DNA of 43,357 nt from Thainema sp. GTDB lineage: Bacteria; Cyanobacteriota; Cyanobacteriia; Phormidesmidales; Phormidesmidaceae. A program made the position numbers and the translations under genes. Where the stretch lies: positions 1 to 43,357 of the forward strand of contig JBQLZK010000063.1 of NCBI GenBank assembly GCA_052168235.1, read 5' to 3'. This document shows, in pieces, positions 11,401 to 19,584 of this stretch; positions within the stretch are counted from its first letter, which is position 1, and every line of letters begins with the position of its first letter. The notes under the pieces were generated by a model. That model had not been told where the DNA came from. It ran no database searches and saw nothing but the letters and a program-made list of their open reading frames with translations.

Positions 11401-11882
11401 CACTGGCTGAAAAGTACGGAGCCGATTTGCCAGCAGATGCGATCGCACATGCTCTAAAAGATGCTTTAGCTCTAGCGCAAAATTTTCGGACACGAGCGAT
11501 TTATCAGCCTTACCGAAATGCCACTGGTCACTACGAAAAGAGCATTCAATTTGCGTTTAACGGCTTAACGCTCAACGGCATTATCGATCTGCTTACCGAT
11601 GATTTTGTTCTAGATTTCAAAACCGATCGGCACATCCATCCCCATCATCACCGCTTGCAGCTTTGGGCCTATGCTCAGGCAACTCAGCGGCCATCGGCTC
11701 ACATTGCCTACTTACGCCATGATCATGTCCATACGTTTGATACCGCCGCACTTCAGGCGGTTGAAGAGGACGCGGTAATCGCGGTCAATCATATTCTACG
11801 CGGAGAATTTGTCCCCACTCCCTCTGAGGAAAGCTGTGGCATCTGTCCCTATGCCGTGATGTGCGATCGCAGCCTCAGATAA
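8451..11882 (+). CDS. AddA/RexA-like UvrD (SF1A) helicase with C-terminal PD-(D/E)XK nuclease and four-Cys motif
   Basis: Helicase motifs AGAGTGKT, FTNKAA, TFHAL, DEFQD, VGDVKQSIYGFR, MTIHAAKGLEW and LLYVALTR. Nuclease motifs GIIDLL, LDFKT and QLWAY. Cys motifs ALCPKR and CGICPYAVMC. The ATG at 8451 overlaps the upstream stop (ATGA), with GAGGAG before it. Confidence 0.9.
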   Translation: MKLQTQSVTWINSELTDQQQAAAYASHSIAVTAGAGTGKTHMLAERYFHHLMSGHSPLEIVALTFTNKAAAELRSRIRKTIRDRTTNSAIANQLKADGTNAFEILAELEAAQISTFHALAERICREHPEVAGVPADFTVLDELEGRIWQDQVLLDAIAHLPIHLYETVPYSLMQSAIQAFMSDPLTAEEALGKGRDDWFPVVQQLRQNALDQLVNHEQWLSAADVLHVYAAPGDKLDAMREKALEAMASLEQGHNVAESLVAMAALKINCGAQKNWGGKETLDLVKQAIRELRDDVVKPVQEDGLITLEPNLWDDQTEAILPVLREGFEQVRSHLDQAKRQQRVLNFNDLEIHALRALESEAIRDYYAQRWQVYLIDEFQDTNPIQGRLLNLLTDGKLRTIVGDVKQSIYGFRRADVRVFQHWCEQISQDVNQQDELLNSDVKLNNHKRSGHDPAVQSLSLSFRTHHALVQNINTVFQPILADLHQPLAAHRQAEPHAAPHLQVYAVQPPDEVKPSLDERRRAEGQHIANLIKGWISDGIQVHDKEMKQLRPITYGDIAILARTWSSLELYGEVLESQGIPMLQAGGGNLLDTREAKDAWAMLRFLTNPADDLALVAVLRSPFFAISDRTLQRLAQTLPEKTAWWQHLKANQVNHSELNHPVQTLQTLLKERRSDPPARLLQRADRLTGYTAAIAHLPNARRREADWRGFLDFVKAQEQGRFDGLSIVRTLRRLIAAEVSIPRPPLEAGNAVSLMTIHAAKGLEWPIVIVPDLSRKESSSYPTVRFDADLGVALKLQDEQGETQKSALYTLLEQQQKQADEAEAKRLLYVALTRSRDRIVLTTPEENQGLFKVLQAGLGGPTDIQPIPFDPALAYSSAHDLQVDINELSPVPPPAVLTQSCGSGLSELPVTALTDYALCPKRFEYRHIENHIGYYELEDYSGEPPELDDGLNDELEGAIPFVSGTTIGTLTHLALQHGIQDAETLAEKYGADLPADAIAHALKDALALAQNFRTRAIYQPYRNATGHYEKSIQFAFNGLTLNGIIDLLTDDFVLDFKTDRHIHPHHHRLQLWAYAQATQRPSAHIAYLRHDHVHTFDTAALQAVEEDAVIAVNHILRGEFVPTPSEESCGICPYAVMCDRSLR

Positions 11883-11913
11883 ATCCTAATTAGCCCCTAT
11901 CTCAAACCCTACT

Positions 11914-11980
11914 GTAGGGGCAGGTTTTGTTCATCAGTTTAAATTTGCAGCCATAACCTGTCGGCTAAACCTGCCCCTAC
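11914..11980. repeat. GTAG-type REP-like inverted repeat
   Basis: GTAGGGGCAGGTTT ... AAACCTGCCCCTAC, perfect 14-bp arms between convergent genes. Confidence 0.75.
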
Positions 11981-12007
11981 CCAATGTTGTGGTCGTTAGA
12001 GATTAGG

Positions 12008-12169
12008 TTAATCCAGCGGTTCAAAATCAGACTTTTCTGCCCCACACTGCGGACAGACCCAATCATCGGGAATGTCTTCAAAGGCTGTACCAGGCTCAAT
12101 CCCAGAATCTGGATCACCCTGTTCCGGGTCGTAGACGTAGCTGCACACGGTACACTGATACTTTTTCAT
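12008..12169 (-). CDS. Rubredoxin (53 aa, soluble type)
   Basis: Manual translation [53 protein letters not shown] with two CxxC knuckles; below the ORF-track length cutoff. Confidence 0.95.
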   Translation of the reverse strand: MKKYQCTVCSYVYDPEQGDPDSGIEPGTAFEDIPDDWVCPQCGAEKSDFEPLD

Positions 12170-12276
12170 AGGGCAATACCTAGTCGCCGTATTAATGGCG
12201 CTAGTTTGTCACAATATCCGGCGCAAAACAGCATTCGGTAGCGGGATCTAGGTCATGATTTTGAGAAATCAACTAT

Positions 12277-12381
12277 TAAGGAACGCAGAATTAATCAGGT
12301 GAAATCTTTGAGGTAGGGACACGGCAATGCCGTGTCCCTACGGATAGAACGATTTACAGGCTATTTAATCCACAATCCTAA
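12277..12381. mobile_element. About 100-bp MITE-like element with internal REP-type palindrome, copy 1
   Basis: Near-identical to the reverse complement of 17571-17673. Core is GTAGGGACACGGCAATGCCGTGTCCCTAC; ends are TAAGGA...TCCTAA. Confidence 0.8.
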
Positions 12382-13205
12382 ACAGCAGATTTCGCTTCCA
12401 GCACTCGATTCAGCTTGCCGCTTTGGAACCCTTCTAAGTCGAGCGTGACAAAGTGAAAGCCAAACTTCTGAAACGCTTGCACAATCTGGGGCAGATCCAT
12501 TGTCAGGACGAATTCTTTAATCTGTTCAGGCGGAAGTTCAATCCGAGCCGTGTCGCCTTCGGAGCGCACCCGCAGATTTTGCAGGCCAAGCTGACGCAGA
12601 TAAACCTCGGCTCGGCCCACCCGCTGGAGCTTTTCAACCGTAATCAGCTCACCATAGGGAAAGCGGGAGCTGAGGCAGGGCTGGGAGGGCTTATCCCACC
12701 AGGGCAGGCTAAGCCGCTTGGATAACTGGCGCACTTCCAGCTTGGTAATGCCGACTTCGGCCAGCGGAGAGCGAGCGCCGCGCTCTTTGGCAGCTTGAAT
12801 GCCGGGGCGATAATCGTTCAGGTCATCAGCATTCACGCCATCGAGAACGTATGGATAGCCGCGCTCTTTGGCCATGGGCTTGAGCGTGTCGTGCAGTTCG
12901 CTTTTGCAGAAGTAGCAGCGGTTGACCGGATTTGACGCATAGTTCGGGTTGTCCATCTCGTGCGTGTGAACCAGCTCGTGGCGAATGCCAATCGTTGCCG
13001 CTTGGACTTTGGCGTCTTCCAAATCTTCGGGCAGCAGCGACGGGGAAACAGCCGTGATGGCCAATGCGCGATCGCACAGTACGTCATAAGCGACCTTTGC
13101 CACTAGAGTGCTATCAATGCCGCCAGAATAAGCCACAAGTGCCTGCTCCATCTCCGAAAATAGGGCAGTTAATTGATCTAGTTTTGCAGTTAGTGCGTCG
13201 CTCAT
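12378..13205 (-). CDS. larE: LarE-family ATP-dependent sulfur transferase (PP-loop)
   Basis: AYSGGIDS PP-loop, NRCYFCK, DYRPG, PCLSSR and TLDLEGFQSG. The ATG at 13205 is preferred; a TTG at 13244 is possible. Confidence 0.9.
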   Translation of the reverse strand: MSDALTAKLDQLTALFSEMEQALVAYSGGIDSTLVAKVAYDVLCDRALAITAVSPSLLPEDLEDAKVQAATIGIRHELVHTHEMDNPNYASNPVNRCYFCKSELHDTLKPMAKERGYPYVLDGVNADDLNDYRPGIQAAKERGARSPLAEVGITKLEVRQLSKRLSLPWWDKPSQPCLSSRFPYGELITVEKLQRVGRAEVYLRQLGLQNLRVRSEGDTARIELPPEQIKEFVLTMDLPQIVQAFQKFGFHFVTLDLEGFQSGKLNRVLEAKSAV

Positions 13206-13424
13206 TGAATCGTTCAGTAGTTGCGTCAGTGATAATTTTGTCAATCAGAAATCGAAAGTTGATCCACGTAAAGGAAGAGACGGCTTTAGAAATCTCTGTG
13301 AAATGATAGAAAGTAGGCCACATCTAACAGCGATACTGTATAGATAGCTATCCTCATACACTAGTTTAATAAGGTGAGGGCAGAATTGACTTGCTCTGAC
13401 TGTTATCTGTGACGCTGAACGTTC

Positions 13425-14585
13425 ATGCAAATTTATCTTGACTACAGTGCAACGACGCCACCTCGTCCAGAGGTGATTGCGACCATGCAGCAGGTTTTGA
13501 CCCAAACATGGGGCAATCCCTCCAGTCTGCATCAGTGGGGCGGACGGGCGGCAACCGTGTTAGAAACGGCGCGGTTTCAGGTGGCCGATTTGCTGAAGGC
13601 TCCCGTAGACAGCATGGTGTTTACAGCAGGAGGCACAGAGGCTGATAACCTCGCGGTGATGGGCATCGCGCAGCAGTATGCCCAGCCGCAGCATCTGGTC
13701 ATTTCCAGCGTGGAGCATTCTGCGATCGCAGAACCAGCTCGCCGACTAGAGCAGCAGGGCTGGCAAGTGACCCGACTCCCTGTGGATCAGCAAGGTCGTG
13801 TCACTGCGGCAGATTTACAGCGAGCGATTCAGCCCAATACAGTGCTGATTTCAGTAATTTACGGTCAAAGCGAAGTCGGGACGATCCAGCCAATTGAAGA
13901 ACTGGGCCAGATGGCACGGACGCACGGTATTCCCTTCCACACCGATGCGGTGCAGGTAGCAGGTCGCTTGCCGCTCGATCTGCGATCGCTGCCTGTAGAC
14001 CTCCTCTCCCTATCCAGCCATAAAATCTATGGCCCCCAGGGAGCCGGAGCACTCTACGTTCACCCCGATTTAAGGCTTTCACCCCTCTTACGCGGTGGCG
14101 GACAGGAGTTCAAGCTGAGATCGGGAACACAGGCACTGCCGAATATTGCCGGATTTGGCGTGGCGGCAGAGCTAGCGACACAGGAAATGGCGCACGAAAC
14201 ATTACGTTTAATCCAACTGCGCGATCGCTTATTCGAGCAGCTCAGCGATGTGCCGGAGCTGGTGCCTACCGGACATCGGCGACATCGGCTGCCCCACCAC
14301 GTCAGCTTCTACTTGAAAAACGGTGACGGGGAACGGCTCAGCGGCAAAACGATTGTGCGCCAGATGAATTTGGCCGGGATTGGCATCAGCGCTGGCTCAG
14401 CCTGCCACAGCGGCAAGCTATCGCCCAGTCCTGTCCTGTCAGCAATGGGATTAAACGACCGCGCCGCCAAATCGGGGATTCGCCTCACGCTAGGGCGAGA
14501 CACGACCCAGGCCGATGTGGACTGGACAGCAATGGTGCTGAAGCAAGTTTTAGTGCGATCGCAACCTGATCTCGTTCTGTCTTAA
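13425..14585 (+). CDS. Cysteine desulfurase (IscS/NifS group)
   Basis: YLDYSATT, GNPSSLH, HTDAVQ, SSHKIYGP (PLP Lys) and SAGSACHS (catalytic Cys). Confidence 0.95.
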   Translation: MQIYLDYSATTPPRPEVIATMQQVLTQTWGNPSSLHQWGGRAATVLETARFQVADLLKAPVDSMVFTAGGTEADNLAVMGIAQQYAQPQHLVISSVEHSAIAEPARRLEQQGWQVTRLPVDQQGRVTAADLQRAIQPNTVLISVIYGQSEVGTIQPIEELGQMARTHGIPFHTDAVQVAGRLPLDLRSLPVDLLSLSSHKIYGPQGAGALYVHPDLRLSPLLRGGGQEFKLRSGTQALPNIAGFGVAAELATQEMAHETLRLIQLRDRLFEQLSDVPELVPTGHRRHRLPHHVSFYLKNGDGERLSGKTIVRQMNLAGIGISAGSACHSGKLSPSPVLSAMGLNDRAAKSGIRLTLGRDTTQADVDWTAMVLKQVLVRSQPDLVLS

Positions 14586-14885
14586 TCTCTACCAAGAAGT
14601 GAGGCGTAAGGCGTAAGGCGTAGAGCCTGTAAATGGCTGTAAAGACCCAGCCCGCAGCACCCAAAACCCACCACTCACCCCTCAAACTATGTGTCACTTC
14701 ATTGCCGATCCGCTTCAATTCCAGAAATTGGGCGCACCATAGAAGTAGAAAGTCCATCGTTATTCAAGTCTGGTTAAATCCCATCGTAATTGTTTGTGAA
14801 AGGTTTGCAGATCAATCCTTTTCTTTCACAAACTATCACTGGGTTCTTACACATCGGCTTGATCTGGAAGATGGAGGAGGTAGGC

Positions 14886-14999
14886 ATGAAATATTCATCT
14901 TGGCTGCCCAATGAATTTCGCGATTTAATTATTGGCCTATTGGCGCTATTGCTCACGCTGCTAATTTGGGCTGCTGTTCTTACTCCGGTCGCTGTATAG
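14886..14999 (+). CDS. Putative 37-aa single-pass membrane protein
   Basis: GGAGGAGG precedes the ATG; product MKYSSWLPNEFRDLIIGLLALLLTLLIWAAVLTPVAV; followed by a hairpin. Confidence 0.55.
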   Translation: MKYSSWLPNEFRDLIIGLLALLLTLLIWAAVLTPVAV

Positions 15000-15016
15000 G
15001 AGCAAGTTTCTAACGA

Positions 15017-15062
15017 CACATTCCGGTAGAAAATGCGCCAGTGGGCTTTCTACCGGAATGTG
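15017..15062. terminator. Hairpin between the convergent small ORF and murE
   Basis: CACATTCCGGTAGAAA ... TTTCTACCGGAATGTG, 16-bp arms. Confidence 0.6.
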
Positions 15063-15064
15063 GC

Positions 15065-16588
15065 TTATCCGCGATAGCGCTGCTGTAGCGCCTCTCTTGC
15101 CTGTTCGCGATCGTCAAAGTGAACTTTCTCGGTGCCGAGGATTTGATAATCTTCGTGGCCTTTGCCAGCAATCAACACCCCATCTTCCGGCTTGGCATTG
15201 AGGATGGCGCGGCGAATGGCCTCAGCGCGATCGCAGATCACCAGCGGCTCTGTGCTGTCGGGAATGCCCTCTAAGATATCCTCTAAAATGCGCTCTGGGT
15301 CTTCGGTGCGGGGATTATCGGACGTGACGACTGCCAGATCAGCTTGCTCAGCGGCAATCTTGCCCATTTGAGGTCGCTTAGTGCGATCGCGATCGCCACC
15401 ACAGCCAAACACACAAATCATGTCGCCTTTAATAAAGGGCCGAGCAGCTTTCAGCAAGTTATCCAGACTATCCGGCGTATGGGCATAGTCCACAATCACG
15501 CTGACATCCTGGTCAGGCTGAATTTGCACTCGCTCCATCCGTCCAGGGACGCCCGTAAACTGAGGCAGACTTTGGGCAATCGTTTCGAGTTCAACGCCCA
15601 CATGCAGGGCCGCTCCGGTTGCCGCCAGTAAGTTTGCGAGATTAAACTGACCCACCAGTGGAGATCGGAAAGTAACCTCACCCTTCGGCGTGTGCAGCGT
15701 GCCTGAAACGCCATCTGCACCGTAGGTCAAATCACTTGTCCACAAATCTGCGGTTGAATCCTGCGTACTGTAGCTCCAAACTTGGTCAGACGATAAACGC
15801 TCAATTAAGCGACGTCCGTAGGCATCGTCTTGATTAATAACAGCGCGTCCCTGGAGATAATTCGAGTTAAACAGCAGCGCTTTGGCCTCGAAATAGTCAT
15901 CCAGATCATTGTGATAGTCCAGATGATCCTGAGTCAGGTTGGTAAACACGGCCACATCAAACGAGCAGCCTAGCACCCGTCCCTGGTGCAGCGCGTGAGA
16001 ACTAACCTCCATCACGCCGTACTGACAGCCTGCGCTGACGGCTTCCGCTAATTGAGCCTGCAAATCAACGGCAAAGGGAGTGGTGTGCAGCGCCGTTTGC
16101 TGATGACTGGGCCAGCGGGTGTAGAGCGTACCGAATAGCGCCGTCAGCTGCTGAGTCTGGTTGAGCAAGAACTCGATTAAATGGGTCGTGGTCGTTTTGC
16201 CGTTTGTACCCGTCACACCAACCAGCTTGAGCTGTTGGGCCGGATGACCATAGAATGCAGCGGCTAAATGAGCGCAGCTTGACGGTACATTGGCAATCGG
16301 GATCACGCAGGCGGCATCGTCATGGGGTACGGGACGAGTTTGCAGCGCACTATCCGACACGATAGCTGCGATCGCACCGGCTGCGATCGCACTCGGCCAA
16401 AACTCACCCCCATCGACACGGGTTCCTGGTAAACCGATGAACAAATCACCAGGCTGGCAGGAGTGGGAATTCGTGCTTAATCCCTTCACTTCAGCGTCTA
16501 GGGCGGCATGATGACTCAGGCCATTGAGGGACTGATTGAGATCAGGATTTAGATCCGGCAAGGTTGCCAAAAGCTCACGCAGTTTCAT
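15065..16588 (-). CDS. murE: UDP-MurNAc-dipeptide--meso-diaminopimelate ligase
   Basis: GVTGTNGKTT, MEVSSH, TNLTQDHLDYH, DYAHTPD, DNPR (DAP specificity) and AGKGHEDYQ. Confidence 0.97.
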   Translation of the reverse strand: MKLRELLATLPDLNPDLNQSLNGLSHHAALDAEVKGLSTNSHSCQPGDLFIGLPGTRVDGGEFWPSAIAAGAIAAIVSDSALQTRPVPHDDAACVIPIANVPSSCAHLAAAFYGHPAQQLKLVGVTGTNGKTTTTHLIEFLLNQTQQLTALFGTLYTRWPSHQQTALHTTPFAVDLQAQLAEAVSAGCQYGVMEVSSHALHQGRVLGCSFDVAVFTNLTQDHLDYHNDLDDYFEAKALLFNSNYLQGRAVINQDDAYGRRLIERLSSDQVWSYSTQDSTADLWTSDLTYGADGVSGTLHTPKGEVTFRSPLVGQFNLANLLAATGAALHVGVELETIAQSLPQFTGVPGRMERVQIQPDQDVSVIVDYAHTPDSLDNLLKAARPFIKGDMICVFGCGGDRDRTKRPQMGKIAAEQADLAVVTSDNPRTEDPERILEDILEGIPDSTEPLVICDRAEAIRRAILNAKPEDGVLIAGKGHEDYQILGTEKVHFDDREQAREALQQRYRG

Positions 16589-16618
16589 GTCAGCAAATCC
16601 TCACACACAAGGTCTCGC

Positions 16619-16912
16619 CTATTGTGCCTTATTTGTAGGCAAATATTTCTGTAACATTTGTGCCACTTGCGCCACCGATGCGCGGGGAGAAAATCGAGGC
16701 AGTGGACGTTCGACGAGCTGTTGGCTGTCTTCCGACTGCGTCACGACACAGAGCACCGGAATTTCATACTGATAGGCTTGAAACCAATCTTCACGCGTTG
16801 TAATATCGCGAATTTCTAAGCTAAAACCGGGATGCTCAATCTGAGCCAGCTTCTCTTCCAACCCCTCACAGAGATGACAACCCGGCTTGCTGTATAGAAT
16901 CAAATCAGTCAT
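16619..16912 (-). CDS. Glutaredoxin-like protein
   Basis: YSKPGCHLC and YQYEIPVL. Confidence 0.88.
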   Translation of the reverse strand: MTDLILYSKPGCHLCEGLEEKLAQIEHPGFSLEIRDITTREDWFQAYQYEIPVLCVVTQSEDSQQLVERPLPRFSPRASVAQVAQMLQKYLPTNKAQ

Positions 16913-16948
16913 GGATAAACCTGCAATAGGAAGGTTAACCCGACTAGC

Positions 16949-17389
16949 CTAACCGGAAATCAGCGACGTGTTGGGGCCTTGACGGTTAGCATCTTCCATC
17001 GCATCTAAAATTTGGTTAATATCCTGCTGTTCATACCGCTTTTGGGATAGGTTATTCCAGCAGTGGCCTTGAACCGCATCGGTCAGCGAGGGATTGCGCA
17101 ACTGAGCGAGAGCATTAAGGCATGGGGGACAATCACAGCCAAACAGCAGCACCGCTGCATCACTTTCGGCGGCAGTGAAGCTCATTGGGTCGTTGTTGCT
17201 GTCGGAGGCTGTGCTATTGGTACTAGCTGATGCAGTGGGCACACTACAGAACTCACCTTCGGCAGGAGCAGCGCTTTGAGCTTCCCAGGTGATTTCTCGG
17301 GCTTGAGCTGGGGCAACCATGAGCAGCAGTAGCGCCGAACCCAAGGCTGTTGGCATGGCCAGCAGTTTCAGAACCAAGTTATTACGCAT
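16949..17389 (-). CDS. Hypothetical exported Cys-motif protein
   Basis: Signal-peptide-like N-terminus ending APAQA; LFGCDCPPC motif; GGGAGAG upstream on the minus strand. Confidence 0.75.
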   Translation of the reverse strand: MRNNLVLKLLAMPTALGSALLLLMVAPAQAREITWEAQSAAPAEGEFCSVPTASASTNSTASDSNNDPMSFTAAESDAAVLLFGCDCPPCLNALAQLRNPSLTDAVQGHCWNNLSQKRYEQQDINQILDAMEDANRQGPNTSLISG

Positions 17390-17570
17390 ATTCTCTCCCT
17401 ATTTCGCTCCTTATATAGATTGAAGAATCAAATCGAAGAACCGATCTCAGAACAATTGCGATTAAGTTGGCCTTACTGTATCGAGAATTTAGATAATTGA
17501 CCAGTCCTATTCCTAAATTGGATGGATTGCTGATATTAATGATGCGGGTTGAGAGATTGCCGCAAAATCT

Positions 17571-17673
17571 TAAGGATTGTGAATTAAATAGCCTGTAAAT
17601 CGTTCCATCCGTAGGGACACGGCATGCCGTGTCCCTACCCCAAAGATTTCACCTGATTCAATCCACGTTCCTA
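17571..17673. mobile_element. About 100-bp MITE-like element, copy 2 (inverted relative to copy 1)
   Basis: Reverse complement aligns over its full length with 12277-12381. Confidence 0.8.
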
Positions 17674-17949
17674 TATATTGCAGCCGTAAATGCAGGGACG
17701 CCCAAAGCTGAACTATCGCCTCACTAATGGGTAGCGTTTGGGTAAACGTTACCAGATGACACAAATTGTACTTTGAGACACCGTATTACTGCTGAGAAAT
17801 AGACGATTCACATCGCTTCTGCCAGAAATCAACGCATTATTAGCCAATTCATCTCTTTCCAGCGTTCGACTCGCGATCAAAACGGGCACTCTTTGTATAA
17901 CAAAGAACGTTTATCAACCCTTCATCGGCACGTTAGGAAAGAGAGCATC

Positions 17950-19413
17950 ATGATCAGCCCTGAAATAAGATTGGCTTGTCGGATTGACGGTGCGCCCCAC
18001 ACAGAGCGGGAGCAGAAGCGCCTGGACAAATTAACCACTCTAAAACTGCTCAGTTCTGACAGCGTGCCGATCTTTGATGAGGCTACCCAGATGGCCGCTC
18101 GCTATCTGGAACTCCCTATCTGTACACTCAGCGTGATTGATCAAAAATTTGAGTGGCTCAAGTCTGCGATTGGCTTGTCTCGCTTGGGTTTGATGAATCA
18201 GTTGGCGGCTTCCAGACATCTGCTGCGGGAAGACTCTTTTGGTACGTATGTGGTTGATAGCCAGCAGGCGCTGGTCATTTCAGATGCGATCGCACATCCA
18301 GCCTTCCAGCACAGCACCTTGGTCGCAGAGTATGGTATCCGTTCTTACCTGGGCGTCCCGCTGCTTACGTCAGACGGTTACTGCTTAGGTGTTTTAGCGG
18401 TGATGGACTTGAAGCCTCACGCCTTCGGTTACAAAGATATTGAGTTCCTGGAATTAGAAGCTCGCTGGAGCATTTCTGAACTGGAGCGGTATCACCTCAA
18501 TCGTCTCAATCATCAACCATCCAGTGTGATAGAAGTGCCCCAGGTTGCCGCTGAGGCGTTACCAACGAATCTCCAAATTCCCAACCCGGTGCAGGTGGCA
18601 GAAGTGCCAGTTACGAACTCCATCCGAGTTGAACTCATTGCCCAACTTGCCCAAGAGCTGCGCACACCGCTCACCTCAATCATGGGGATGACCAGCGTTT
18701 TGGGTCGCAAAATCTATGGCCCACTGACGCAAAAGCAGCAGGAATACATTGACATCATGGGGGATAGCAGCCACTGCTTGCTGTCGCTAGTGGACGAAAT
18801 TACCGAACTCGGTCAGCTCGATGACCACAATCAGACGCTGAACCTGGCCCCTGTGGACATTGAAATGATTTGCCAGCAGGCGATTAAAACCCTAACTCAG
18901 TTCGCTCATCGGCAGGATCAGAAAATTCAGCTTTCGGTTGAACCGGGGCCGCGCATTTGGCTGTTGGATAAAGAGAAAGTACGGCAAATGCTGTATCACC
19001 TCACCTTCAGCATCATTCGCTGCTCTTGTGCGGGTAGTATTGTCCAAATCCATGTGTCCCGCAAACCCCAGCATCTCAATATTGCTGTTTGGGTTTCTAA
19101 TCCTTGGCTGTCGAATGGTTTCTCCTCAGTTGAAATTACGTCAAATCTTGCAGCGATGACTCAGACAAATTCCCGTAGCTCTATGCCCGCCTCAGGTCAG
19201 ACGATGGTTTTAGAAGAACAATCTACTGATGTTGCGGCTGAAGCAGAAGCGACCGACGCGAACCAGCAGTCCCGTGAAAACTTGGCGCTGCTGCTCAGCC
19301 GTCAACTGGCTGAACTGCACGGTGGCGAAATCCGCATTCAAGGTTCCCAGGAATCGGGCCTACGCTATGTGATTAGCCTACCGACCACCGCTGAAGTTGA
19401 TCCAGTCGCCTAG
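17950..19413 (+). CDS. GAF + HisKA/HATPase-like protein with degenerate catalytic motifs (pseudo-kinase)
   Basis: GAF motifs FDEATQMAA and IRSYLGVPL. The H-box reads AQELRTPL; the N and G boxes are degenerate. The ATG at 17950 is preferred. Confidence 0.85.
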   Translation: MISPEIRLACRIDGAPHTEREQKRLDKLTTLKLLSSDSVPIFDEATQMAARYLELPICTLSVIDQKFEWLKSAIGLSRLGLMNQLAASRHLLREDSFGTYVVDSQQALVISDAIAHPAFQHSTLVAEYGIRSYLGVPLLTSDGYCLGVLAVMDLKPHAFGYKDIEFLELEARWSISELERYHLNRLNHQPSSVIEVPQVAAEALPTNLQIPNPVQVAEVPVTNSIRVELIAQLAQELRTPLTSIMGMTSVLGRKIYGPLTQKQQEYIDIMGDSSHCLLSLVDEITELGQLDDHNQTLNLAPVDIEMICQQAIKTLTQFAHRQDQKIQLSVEPGPRIWLLDKEKVRQMLYHLTFSIIRCSCAGSIVQIHVSRKPQHLNIAVWVSNPWLSNGFSSVEITSNLAAMTQTNSRSSMPASGQTMVLEEQSTDVAAEAEATDANQQSRENLALLLSRQLAELHGGEIRIQGSQESGLRYVISLPTTAEVDPVA

Positions 19414-19497
19414 AGTTTTTGCTTGCACCCAAACTTCAGTCGGCGTAATTTCCATTCTTTGCAATCAAACTGCTCACTTCATTTAGATGATTTTTAG

Positions 19498-19556
19498 ATA
19501 AGTTTTGCGGGTTAATGTGCCGCGCGCCGCGCGGCACATTAACCCGCAAAACTTAT
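19498..19556. repeat. Perfect long palindrome (29-bp arms) between convergent genes
   Basis: ATAAGTTTTGCGGGTTAATGTGCCGCGCG-C-CGCGCGGCACATTAACCCGCAAAACTTAT. Confidence 0.9.
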
Positions 19557-19584
19557 TTCGCAGTACTTTCGCACTGTGCTTTCG

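Noticed and set aside
11984..12241. 85-aa plus-strand ORF
   Set aside because: It is the antisense shadow of the rubredoxin gene.
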